Of a DNA stretch of 64,000 nt, positions 1 through 11,803 are shown in pieces. Every line of letters begins with the position of its first letter. The first letter of the stretch is position 1. The stretch spans positions 39,313,201-39,377,200 of the forward strand of contig NC_069001.1 in the NCBI RefSeq assembly GCF_001194135.2, written 5' to 3'. The stretch comes from Octopus bimaculoides (Eukaryota). The translations under genes were made by a program, and so were the position numbers. The notes under the pieces are model-generated. The model was not told the origin of the DNA and ran no database searches. It saw only the letters and a program-made list of their open reading frames with translations.

Positions 1-140
1 AGTAGCATAAGTAGAGATTGTTATTATTGTTTCACTTCTCAGAACGCTCGATCTTTTTTGTTTTGGTAGATTCTATGAGAAGGGACAGAGATCTCAGGAT
101 CTCTTTCCGCACATTATAAGATTTGATAATTAGTTGCTAA

Positions 141-410
141 TTATCGTGCGAGACATTCAACATCCAATGCCAATTTCAAAATCCTAGCTGTCCCAAGCAG
201 AGCAGGTTTGGTGGGGGCGTGCTCTGCTCTCATGTCAATTCCGATTTCTTTGACATATTTCTTGAACTTGGTTCTTAGTGCTCCGAGTGCCCCCTACTGG
301 AATGAAACACTCCCCTCATACTCCACACTCTTGCAATTTCGTCTTTTAATAAATAGTATTTTCTAGTTCTTTGTCACTTGTGCGTGAATCCTCAGGTATG
401 TCTAATCACA
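141..410 (-). mobile_element. 3' fragment of R4/Dong-like non-LTR retrotransposon (restriction-like endonuclease C-terminus), frameshifted
   Basis: Manual minus-strand translation gives DIPEDSRTSDKELE / KYYLLKDEIARVWSMRGV / GALGALRTKFKKYVKEIGIDMRAEHAPTKPALLGTARILKLAL...*. This matches the RLE-clade pattern D..PGD.R..EKE.EK..KY..LK.EI.R.W...V..GALG...K.ALLGTARIL. Confidence 0.8.
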
Positions 411-479
411 AATAAACTTTATCTACCGATGCGATGTTTAGAACTCAATCTCATTGTTCAACATTTAATATACATGTTT

Positions 480-488
480 GTGTATGTA

Positions 489-522
<34 letters not shown>

Positions 523-582
523 CACACATCTAAATACTGCTTATTTTCGTGCAATTTATACTTTAAAAAAATCACGCTATGC

Positions 583-635
<53 letters not shown>

Positions 636-662
636 CATACATACATACATACATACATACAC
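480..662. repeat. (TA)n / (TACA)n compound microsatellite
   Basis: Directly visible. Confidence 0.95.
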
Positions 663-1152
663 GTGGCGGGGTGAGTTCGTGTATAGAGATGGGAAGCGAA
701 CTCAGGAGGTAAGAGTTCGTCTACTCAGCACAGTGAATATGCGTCAAGATATGTAAGCTGAGACAACCCCAGTTGTCTCGACACAAAACATTTTTTTACT
801 GTCACCCAATCTGTGGACACGATTCGATCATGTGATGTTTTTCACGCTCAGAACCGTTGAATATTTAAGCTTACGTGGACTCGTCCAGAAGGAAACAAAA
901 CACATTATGTCCTCTACCAGGTGACGTAGATATACATCGACTCATTGTTGTCGATTAACTCTTTTCACCTTAGCACACTCTGGTACAGACAGTTCATCTT
1001 GTTTCGCGGGCAAAATGAAGATATCGTTCGCCACTTCTCACTTCAGTTTCTAATTGTTGCAATATTTAGTTGGTACGTTTATAAAATTATATTCTGTGTA
1101 CGATATTATCCATCTTACTTTATGGCAGACGCGGGAAATCTTAAAAAGAATA

Positions 1153-1660
1153 ATGGCACGATTGAAGGCATTTAACTCAATAAAGAATGTGCTCCCAGCA
1201 AAGCGAGAGAATGCCCCAGGCTCCTGACTCTTCAACAGCATCGTCCTACCTCCAACTTTACACCCAAGTGAGACGTGGACTACTAGGAAGAGATTAGAAC
1301 CTCGATCGGCGACGACACAAACGGCCATGGAAAGATTCATACTAGGAACATCACAAAGAGAGCACATTCGAAATGGGATAATTCGAGGATGAAGCGGGAT
1401 GAACGATGTGGTTGCAGAGTAGCTAAAGCGCAATTTCTGGTGAGTCAGTCCTGTTGCAAGGTTCACAACAAGAGGTGGACCCGTGCAGTTGCCGAGTGGT
1501 ATCTAAGAGATCAGGAAAGAAGGTTGTTCGGAAGGTTTAAACGGCGATAGGAAGAAGATCTAGTCAAGCAATTTGAGTCATGATGGAAAAGAATAGCTCC
1601 GTCAAGACAGAATTGGAAGCGCATTGTGAACAGCGGTGTAAAACATCTGGTGGTCTAGCT
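1153..1660 (+). mobile_element. 3' end of RTE-clade LINE ORF (post-RT region), with stops and a frameshift
   Basis: Translation AFNSIKNVLP..*LFNSIVLPPTLHPSETWTTRKRLE...TQTAMERFILGTSQREHIRNGIIR..MNDVV / KRWTRAVAEWYLRD..GR..R*EEDLVKQF..WKRIAPSRQNWKRIV. This is the typical RTE C-terminal signature. Confidence 0.85.
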
Positions 1661-1815
1661 GATACTGTGTAAATATACTCATCAAGTCAACTTTTGTTCC
1701 TCTACCGTTTTATGTCTGTCTGTCTGCTTGATTCTGTTTGTCTGTCTATCTATCTACACACCCATATGGATTTATATATATGTAAATACATGAATTGTAT
1801 AATCCCTCGTATTTA

Positions 1816-1911
1816 GTCTAATTACAATTTTACTTTCCATTTGCAGGTAAGTTGACTTGCCTCACTATCCACCCTATAGACCGAAGACGGTTGTAAACGC
1901 CAGGTAAGATA
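1816..1911 (+). promoter_or_regulatory. Candidate recursive splice site (AG|GTAAGT at 1845-1852) with 57-nt cryptic exon 1847-1903 and downstream donor GTAAGA at 1904
   Basis: gtctaat branch motif at 1816-1822, pyrimidine tract ttttactttccatttgcag, then GTAAGTT; second donor CAG|GTAAGATA. A similar cassette is at 13704-13800. Confidence 0.55.
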
Positions 1912-2204
1912 CAAGCTTTCAAATATACAAGCACACTCACTCACTATCTTTCTCTCTCGCTCTCTCAAACACACACACATACAGCTACGACTGCTTAGTT
2001 TATAGAGTCGAAGTTAGGCTTGTTTTATTCGGCGAAAATTGTGAGAGGGAATGGAATTACATTGGGCTTACACCTGTAGTTTGGAGAGGAAATCCTTGAG
2101 CAAAGGTTCGTGTCGTTGGCGGTGAGGATGAACTTGGATGTCATTCCAATAATTCTTTATCACAGCCTCTGACTCGTTTCCATACCACCTTTATGCTACT
2201 CTGA

Positions 2205-2205
<1 letters not shown>

Positions 2206-2272
<67 letters not shown>

Positions 2273-2285
2273 GTCTGTCTGTCTA

Positions 2286-2352
<67 letters not shown>

Positions 2353-2353
2353 G
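2206..2353. repeat. (TCTA)n-(TCTG)n tetranucleotide microsatellite running into N gap 2354-2484
   Basis: Directly visible. Confidence 0.95.
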
Positions 2354-2484
2354 NNNNNNNNNNNNNNNNNNNNNNNNNNNNNNNNNNNNNNNNNNNNNNN
2401 NNNNNNNNNNNNNNNNNNNNNNNNNNNNNNNNNNNNNNNNNNNNNNNNNNNNNNNNNNNNNNNNNNNNNNNNNNNNNNNNNNNN

Positions 2485-2527
<43 letters not shown>

Positions 2528-2622
2528 GCACGTGTGTGTGTGTGTGTGTACTTGCACATGTGTGCATGTATACATATGAATACTTACGTGTGGTGAGCAA
2601 GTGCATGCGAACACACACATAT

Positions 2623-2918
2623 GACCACTCCGTCGGTTACGAAAACGTGGGTCCCAGCTGATTCATGAAACTAACGTGCAAGTAACTGAACACTCCAGAC
2701 ACGTGTGCCCTTCACAACGTAGTTCTCAGGGAGAATCAGCGTGACACATTGTGACAAGGCTGGCCCTTTGATATACAAGTACTCCTCATTTTTGCCAGCT
2801 GAGAGGACTGGAGCGAAATAAAGTGTCTTGCTCAAGGACACAACGCGTCGCTGGGATTTGAACTCACGACCTTACGATCGTTAGGCGAATAACTTAATCA
2901 CTAAGCCACGCGCCTTCA
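2623..2918 (-). mobile_element. tRNA-derived SINE, family B, near full length
   Basis: Reverse complement begins GTGAAGGCGCGTGGCTTAGTG (A box)...GAGTTCAAATCCC (B box), then TGTGTCCTTGAGCAAGACACTTTA and tail ...GTAACCGACGGAGTG. A homologous copy is at 26168-26475. Confidence 0.8.
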
Positions 2919-2961
2919 CTGATGTATGTATATTATGTGTATATATATATATATATATATA

Positions 2962-3030
2962 TTCTATAGCCTCGGGTCGACCAAAGCCTTGAGTGAATTT
3001 GGTACACGGAAACTGAAAGAAGCTCGTTGA

Positions 3031-3067
<37 letters not shown>

Positions 3068-3285
3068 CGTGTGTGTACATGTTTATGTGTGTTTGTCCCC
3101 CTAATATCGCTTGACAACCATTGTTGGTGTGTTCATGTCCCCGTAACTTAGTGCTAGCGGTTCGGCAAAACATACCGACACAATAAGCACTAGGCTTACA
3201 AAGAATAAGTCCTGGGGTTGATTTACCCGACTAAAGGCGGTGCTACAGCATGGCAGCAGTCAAATGACTGAAACAAGTAAAAGAA
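2962..3285 (+). mobile_element. SINE family A, 5'-truncated, with internal (TA)n(TG)n
   Basis: CTATAGCCTCGGG..GACCAAAGCC..GGAAACTGAAAGAAGC, then microsatellite, then GCTTGACAACC..GGCGGTGCT.CAGCATGGC.GCAGTCAAATGACTGAAACAAGTAAAAG. A homologous copy is at 28420-28768. Confidence 0.8.
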
Positions 3286-4289
3286 ATATAATATATATAA
3301 ACTCTTACACGCATGTATATATTTACATTTGGTTGTTCGGATAAGATTTAACCGGGAGGGAGACATTGTTTCCTTGCGAAGGTTTTAAGTTAACAAGAAC
3401 CTAACTTCCTTTCGTGTAGGCCAGCCAACTGGTCTGCTATTTGTTTCTAATGTTATGAACTTACTTGACATTACATGTCGCCGTCTCTCCTTCCATTCTC
3501 TCACTTCTATTGCGTCTGGCATTCTGACAATATATACTTAGGTGTCTGGAACTGCTATCAAAACCTGGTCACAAGAATAAACTCTTGGATACCACCTTCA
3601 TTAAGGTTTCCTATTTCGAATGGAGGAATATCCGTGTTCATATGTGTGCGTGTGTTTATCTGTGCACACACCTACACCTTACTGTAGGATATAATATGGT
3701 AGCCAAATAATGACGTAAGAACTCCTATACGAACCTGTATATATATATATATATATATAATTAGAGATATACAGCGGTATCTCTGTATTTTGTTTTCCGA
3801 CACCTCAGCTGTATGAATAAGGTGAAAAGAAAATAGCTTTTGTCTGTAAAAATGTTTGAAACAATGAAGAAATTACACGTCCGAATCTATTGATTTCTGA
3901 AGGATTTCGTCAAGAAATCGATTATCTTGTGGAAATGGCAATTAATCACCTTCAGTTGCTGATCACACTGTTGTGATTGAAATGATAGAATCGGGACGGT
4001 GAACCTGTCAATGTGGACTAATGAGAAGCGCCCTCTGTACTACAACAACAACAACAAGTAAGAAACATCTTGTAAAACGTCGTAGAATTCACGAGAGGTT
4101 TCTATTTCGAGTTGCGTTCTCTGTGAAAGCCACGATTAACTTTCGATCGCAAACTGTTTTACAATTCTCCGATAGTTTGGCAAGTCTCTGAAGAAAATTA
4201 GGAGGAAAAAATAAAAATTAAATTTCTTTGGACGAACAAATATTTTGTTTCTCTTTGTTTTTTTTCTTATAGTTTAGTATCTTTTATTC

Positions 4290-5620
4290 GGACTTAGCTG
4301 GAACTTGTCCTAATCTAGCGGGCCTATGTTCAAAAATCTTCCATCCTTGACCATCCTGTGCTTAAACTCAATGACTACATTAATATGTCTTCGTTGATGC
4401 TGTGCTTGTTGTTTATTGTGGTGGTGATGATGATGACGGTGATTGGGATGATTCTCTTTAGCACACAGTTTGACTTGATACTAAAAACTTATGGTTCAAG
4501 TAACTCCAGCCGTGACCCTCACGTCTTTTATTTAGAAATACACTGAGCTGCAAAAGAAACGCGAGATGTATGTGACTGTGAAATATATTTCAATTTTATT
4601 ATGTCAGAGATAAATTTTAATAAGTCTGATAGTAAATTCGTTGGATGCACTTTGACCTCAGTCTATGGGTCGCGTTGTCATGCGTTCTAGTAGTGGGCGG
4701 ATCAAGCACATCTTGATTGTAGGGCGTGACATGTTCAAAACCGTGTATGCCCTCCCTGGGTGTTCAAAACTATACACTGTCAATGCATGGGGCGGTTCAC
4801 AAAAGCCATTGGTACTTGTGCCCACACTTGGAGGAAAGCTACCTCTAGTACCACACGTGTTGTCGGCTTTGAGACCACCTGGTTCAGCCGTCTCTGGGTT
4901 TAATTCATTCTACAGGTGTTCAATTGGGTTCAAATCCGGGCTGAGAGCCTGGCGGGCGGTGAGGACAAGCCCTCGAGCAGGACGGCGGCAACGCAGGCTG
5001 TTGCCGCTCAGTCGACGTCTACCGTGTTGCCGCTGTCCAATGCCAATGGTCTCTCGAGCTGTCACGCTGACCGGTCTGAAGCAATCACGGAGGTGTTGCA
5101 GGTGGATGAAGCGGTCCTGCGTTTTGGCGTCTCGTTTCAAGGGAAGTTGAAAAATTACTTGTAATTTAGGTCTCAGCCATAAACCAACATGTCTTACATC
5201 CCCGAAATTTTCACAATTTACCATATAAAAAGGACATTTGGAAAAATGGTGTTTCTTTTGCGGTTCAGGGCAGCGTGTCCAAGACTATATTGTCTAATGC
5301 GTATCTTGTCATTGTTTAGCAAAGACAGTCATATGATCCTGCAGTCACGTGATCGAATATATTCCCTCCGTGACCCTCCCATAATTTTGTCAGTCATAGT
5401 GTATCTGGGACTACAGTAGTTAAAACTAGTGGCTTTAGTCGTTGTTTAGCCCTAGGTCCGTCCTGGTCTAGCGGACTCATGATCAGAGATGTTCTAAACT
5501 TGAACATCTCATCTGGGAGTACATTATCTGGGAGTACATTATCTAACTTGTCCTTCTGAGACTTTGACCAAGAGTCAGGAATGAGATTGCTCAACATGCT
5601 AGAAATAACAGCCTATAACC
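4290..5620 (+). repeat. Cluster of fragments of an unclassified dispersed repeat (family D), interrupted by the Tc1 derivative
   Basis: Recurring modules tttagccc.aggt..tgatc...ttccagc.gtgacc and gactacattatctaatg...gctatttctagcagg, also seen at 16.5, 26.6, 30.9, 45.8, 46.0 and 48.9 kb. Confidence 0.55.
4541..5270 (-). mobile_element. Internally deleted Tc1-like DNA transposon with both TIRs
   Basis: TIRs CACTGAGCTGCAAAAGAAAC (4541-4560, preceded by TA) and GTTTCTTTTGCGGTTCAGGG (5251-5270), 17/20 match. Minus translation QDRFIHLQHLRDCFR...RRRLSGNSLRCRRPARGLVLT joined to ALSPDLNPIEHL*NEL, then QRRLN...QGGHTRF*. Confidence 0.85.
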
Positions 5621-6036
5621 TTAAAAGATTAAGTGGATGTATTGGATAATGAATTCTCTGAGATAGAGGATGGGTTGGTCACTCCTAAAATGTGTTTAAC
5701 CATTTACCAGTAATATCAATGTTGACCAAGATTTAAATAATAGCTTGGACAACTCATTAATTTTGACATCTGACCTAATGCGCACGCGCGCGTACACACA
5801 CACACACACACCACTGAGACACATGCTCATATGCAGAAAATCCCATAATACAGTGTGTAGAAGATATATACACACATAGAACTCTCAACAAACACACACA
5901 AGCACTGAACATAAACACATATACAGAACTGTGAACGGCCGCACATACATACACATAGAACTGCGTATGAATATATACACAAATACATATATATCTGAGT
6001 CTGGATACAGACACAACTCTTGGAAAGGGACACGCC

Positions 6037-6115
6037 CACACACCTGCACTCACCTCCACACACAAACACACGCACACACCTACACTCACCTCCACACACA
6101 AACACACGCACACAG
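6037..6115. repeat. 36-nt tandem duplication in CA-rich sequence
   Basis: cacacacct(g/a)cactcacctccacacacaaacacacg twice. Confidence 0.8.
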
Positions 6116-6552
6116 ACACTCAAAGACACAGCCTTGCACGTCTAACTTCAGTAGAATGTCAGTTGATTACTGGAATAAATTGAAAATCAATTTAATTACT
6201 TAATTAGTTAACCGTCTTGTAATGTTGTAATAATATTTTGGTCTATAAAAGAAACCATTAAAACGAAACCAACAGATTTTCATCAACATATTTCACGCTG
6301 TATCCGCGACATTTGTTATACATACATAAATGCATACTTTATATGTTTGCTTGTATATATATATATATATAAGTATATATATATATATATACATATACAC
6401 TACGCGCAGATGTGTGTGCATGTGTGTGTCGTAGAAAACCCTTTCGAAGAGGTCTTACTTGGTTACCAAGTTAAGAGGTCAATGGGTGAAAGAGAATCTT
6501 GTCTGAAACCTATGAGCCCACTTAAATGTCGCTGCATTCATTTCTTTTCTTA

Positions 6553-6597
<45 letters not shown>

Positions 6598-7742
6598 ATA
6601 TATATACCTCATCTTTACATAACTAATTCCTATCATAAAGACCACTCTTTCTAGTTGACGTTTTGTCTTTTCCTGCTTTTGTCTTTAATCGCCTGTCTTT
6701 ATTTATATTTATTTTCTATAAATTCTTATTTTCATTTCTTTTTTTTTTGTATTTAGTTTGCCTTAATAATCTCTTATCCTTTATGTTTTACTTTTATATT
6801 GTTAGATTTTGTATGGTATTGAATTTCATATTTTGCATACACACACACACACTCACCGTGTGTGTGTGTAATACATGCATTGTGTTTCTGGCGTTGCGCC
6901 AAAATTTGAAACCAAGATAGACGTGATGTTTCGTACTGCAACCCTTTGCTTTCGGGTGCAATTCCGTCTTTGCAGTTTATAATCTCTTTGCTAACGCTAC
7001 AAGTTCGAGGTGATCAAAGAGCGGGAAGTTAGCTTACCATTTTACCAGCTTTTTCCTAGTAAACTCTGTTGTTATCATGCACAACCATTTTCAAGCATGG
7101 GCAGTATTAATCTTCCCGTTTCCTTCTTAACCCAACCTCCCCAATTTTTCCTCCATCATTCGTCCGATTAATTTTTATCTGACGGTAAATGGAGGGCTAC
7201 AGGGTCTTCAATAAGGAACGCAGTTTGTAGATCGTGCAGCGGAATTATTTTCGCCTGCAGACTGCAGTGGCGTGAAAATCGAATCACCAGACTATCTCTT
7301 TCAGTTTCTAGAGAAAGAAAATCCTCCTCAGCATAAACTGAGTACTTCTCTCTCATTTCTTTCGATATAAACCAAGGTATATATGTTTATGTGAGTGTGT
7401 TTGTGTCATGTTCATTTATATCGTCATGGTACTATCTTCATTCTGCATTACCAACGGTTTTCCACTGTTTTTCTCTTTTTAAAGAATAAGGATGATTATA
7501 TCAGCGGTAAATAAAATTCTCTTATTTAACCTTGAAATGCGATGTAAAATGTTACCGACGCGCATTATGTTACAACAACAATTCTTTCCCCCACAATCGT
7601 TAGAATACTCAACAGCGAGAAAAACGCAGCAGCAACGTGGGAAATTTCGGCTTCCAGTAAATACATCGTTCTATTCTTAGTTAGGATTTAACTTTTCTTC
7701 CTCTCCATAATAATCACGTATATTCCTCCATCTATTCAGGCA

Positions 7743-7790
<48 letters not shown>

Positions 7791-9051
7791 CGTATGCATA
7801 TATTAACGCATGTATGTATGCTAGTATGTATGTATAATGAAAGTATTATGTAGAACTACACACACACGTACACACACACACATATACTTGACTATATTTG
7901 TATGAATATATAAGCATAAATAAATCTGGGAGTGTATGAATGCCTGCATGCAGCTAATTATGTATTTCTATAAACATCACGTGAAAGGTTAAACTAAAAC
8001 TCAAAGCAAAATGAGATAAAAATATCTTCGTTTTCATTTTTGTTTATGCATATTATCTTGTTAGGTCTCTTTGTTCTTTCGCTCGCCAAAATTAGTAAAT
8101 ATGTGTAAATAACAAAATTTCAAATAGAATTATATCTACATATCTGTATCTATCTATCTATCTATCTATCTATCTGTCTATCTATATATCTTTCAGTCTC
8201 TCTCTAATATGTACGATTGTTGTATTCTAGCATTCGATAAAACAATTCCGACCGCCATCATTCTCAGCGTTGCTCCGTTGTGTTCTTACACGCTTTGCTA
8301 ATGTTATTTGTTTTCCCCTGTACCGTATTCTCACTGGTCTAATTTTACCGACCAACGTCCTACCGCTTTAGCTACTTGATGCAATGTCTGCGGGGGATTT
8401 CTGGGCAGAACAAAAACTAATATCCATAACTAAAGTTGAAGACAGCGGAAATGACATTTATCCGAGTTTCTAGAATGGGATTTTTACGTGTATACAGCAA
8501 TTATGTGTATATAGACATATATTAGTATAGATGTGGAAACACACCCTGGAGTAGGCATGGAAAGTAATTATGATCTTTAGGGAAAATACGATTATTGAAT
8601 TTGTGTAATAGGTCTTGAGTGTAAACAGAATAATTGAATGAAATATCGCAATTTTATTAACCTAGATGTTTTGGATTTGAGCTTTTCAAAGAGAATTTAT
8701 AAGATGTTCACACTTTCTCCCATACAGCATTTCATTTGCTAAGCAGAACCTCATATTACTAATGGAAGCTGTACAGAAACGCTTCGAAATGGTGAATTGT
8801 AATACATTAGGCTATTGTGTTGTAATCTATACATCTTCACCAAGAACAACTTATGTTTATTCCGTTGAATATAAATGTGTATCCGTGTCTAGGAGTGTGA
8901 GTGTGTTCGTATCAATCGGGTTATGAAGGCGTATGTCTTTCAGTGTGTGTAAATGCGGTAGGCGGTTGGTTTATGTGCATTTATCTATATTCAGCAAATT
9001 ACATTTTTATGAATATTAGTGTGTGTGTGTGCATGCGCGCTCTCTCTGTGT

Positions 9052-9086
<35 letters not shown>

Positions 9087-9678
9087 NNNNNNNNNNNNNN
9101 NNNNNNNNNNNNNNNNNNNNNNNNNNNNNNNNNNNNNNNNNNNNNNNNNNNNNNNNNNNNNNNNNNNNNNNNNNNNNNNNNNNNNNNNNNNNNNNNNNNN
9201 NNNNNNNNNNNNNNNNNNNNNNNNNNNNNNNNNNNNNNNNNNNNNNNNNNNNNNNNNNNNNNNNNNNNNNNNNNNNNNNNNNNNNNNNNNNNNNNNNNNN
9301 NNNNNNNNNNNNNNNNNNNNNNNNNNNNNNNNNNNNNNNNNNNNNNNNNNNNNNNNNNNNNNNNNNNNNNNNNNNNNNNNNNNNNNNNNNNNNNNNNNNN
9401 NNNNNNNNNNNNNNNNNNNNNNNNNNNNNNNNNNNNNNNNNNNNNNNNNNNNNNNNNNNNNNNNNNNNNNNNNNNNNNNNNNNNNNNNNNNNNNNNNNNN
9501 NNNNNNNNNNNNNNNNNNNNNNNNNNNNNNNNNNNNNNNNNNNNNNNNNNNNNNNNNNNNNNNNNNNNNNNNNNNNNNNNNNNNNNNNNNNNNNNNNNNN
9601 NNNNNNNNNNNNNNNNNNNNNNNNNNNNNNNNNNNNNNNNNNNNNNNNNNNNNNNNNNNNNNNNNNNNNNNNNNNNNN
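9087..9678. other. Assembly gap (one of 10: 2354-2484, 9087-9678, 11804-12164, 20564-21163, 28087-28378, 29297-29368, 36000-36009, 51160-51596, 58098-58279, 59668-60285)
   Basis: Runs of N, mostly bordered by (TA)n/(CA)n. Confidence 1.
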
Positions 9679-10077
9679 ACACACACACACACAGGAAGAG
9701 AGAGTGAATGAATGAAAAGGATATGATGAAATGAAGTCTCAAGTTAGTCGTAGCAGAAAATGGTAAAAACACTGGGGACTCGGCCTAAAAAATATTCCGT
9801 TCAGTCGAAATTTTGAGAAAGATTTTCTTATACCAAAGAAAAGAAGCATTATGTTCTCAAAATTCTGAAATAAATTCTTACTTTTTATGTCCCCAACAAA
9901 AAACGTATTCTTCTTTGGCTTCTTTTCTTAGTTTGTGTAGCAATGAATTCTTGGTTGAATTTGCTAGGCGCAAGGCTAAGACATCTCTTTAGCTTGAATT
10001 TAGGACTGATGTTAATCTTTATTTGAATGACAATAGCCAGACAGCGAAAGAGAGATATGTATAAAGAGAAAAAGAGG

Positions 10078-10078
10078 G

Positions 10079-10146
<68 letters not shown>
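10078..10146. repeat. (GA)n microsatellite
   Basis: Directly visible. Confidence 0.95.
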
Positions 10147-10148
<2 letters not shown>

Positions 10149-10630
10149 AAGTGAGTACTCAGAACAGAAGTACCCGGACATTTGAGTCTTAATATGAGCT
10201 AATAGCTTTGTTTATAAATTCAGCGAAATAGCTGACGCGACGCGAACCTTGACTGTTCCAGAATGTATTGCACCTCTGGATCGAGTATGTTATGAATATA
10301 TCAATCATCGTAAAAACGAAAATATGATTTCCTATGACGTGAACAACAAAGATGAGCATAAATGCGTTCAAATCTGTCTGAAGGTCTTAATATTAAGGAT
10401 AAATATGAGATCCATCGTTTCAGATCTCAGCAATCACAGTGCAAATTACACACATACAGACACACACATACAGACACACACATATATATTAAGTGAGGGA
10501 GAAAGAAGCAGCTGTAATGTTGAGCATGCGTAGTATTAATAGGAAAGAGAATTATTAATGCTGCGCATGCTCACCATTTCAGCTGCACCTTTTGTTTATC
10601 ACCGCCAGCATCATCATCGTGATACACACT

Positions 10631-10670
<40 letters not shown>

Positions 10671-10824
10671 CAGGTACACACGAACACACATTTACGTATA
10701 TGTACTTATATTTAATGGAATATACACATGTGTATATTCACACGCAAGTGTTTCTCTGAGTATGTAAATATACAATTGTACTCTTTAATTTCTGTGTATG
10801 TCCACATATAGGGAAATATGCTCT

Positions 10825-10860
<36 letters not shown>

Positions 10861-11765
10861 CACACACACCCACACACGAAATGCCAATTTACGAAAGTAA
10901 TGACCCGTAATATTTTGTAGATATATACACACGCACATGCACAGATGATTGTGTGCGTAGGTCTGTATGTGTGTACGTATATATTTAAATATGTGTGAGC
11001 ATTTGTATGTAAATGTGTAGCTTAGTGCGTGTGTATGTGCAGCGTTTTCTCTCGCCGCGACCACGTGTGCGTGTGTATATATATGTGCATATGGATATGT
11101 GTGTATGTATAGGCGTATATATGTGTATGGATAGTTATGTATATGTGTATTCAATACATTTCTGAGTGTTGAATAGAGTTGAATACCTCAGAATTGGTCA
11201 TTTAATTTAGTGAAAGGAAACATTTCGAGACAGAATTACTGTATCAATAGTTGTGTGATGTTTATATAATGTATAATACCGAAGTAATAGAGGATAAAAT
11301 ATACAACAGTCGGACTAATGTAATATACAATGTACCGCTTGAAACACAATAAGCTATTTAACGAGAGGCTGACTCTAAAAACAATCTCTCTCTCTCTTCC
11401 ACTCTCTGTCCCTCTCACTCTCTGTCTCTCTCCTGTCCCTCAGTAAATAACAAACATTGTCATGGAGAGAATCTTAATTATTTTTCGGTTCTGTATTTTG
11501 AGTATTTACTTTGGCAAAGTGTCCCTCTTGGCAATATTCCAGTGAAATCCTAGAAATGTTGGCGTGAAGGTATTAGAATATTTAAAAATATTTAAAAAAA
11601 GAAAACCCTTTATGTGTAGAAAGCAATGAAATTATTTAAATAAACCAGTTTTAATATGGAACAATATTTAATGGAATTGAAGCCAAAATTATGGCTCAGA
11701 CTAAGACACCGAAAATCCCCGCATTTAGCTGTGTAGTGTGTATGTAGTTAAGTATACATCATGCA

Positions 11766-11803
<38 letters not shown>

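Noticed and set aside
661-740. Possible tRNA gene or SINE head
   Set aside because: No cloverleaf and the boxes are too degenerate; at most an old SINE head.
7037-7356. Minus-strand acceptor at about 7307 and donor at about 7037
   Set aside because: All frames close before the donor and no family signal is present.
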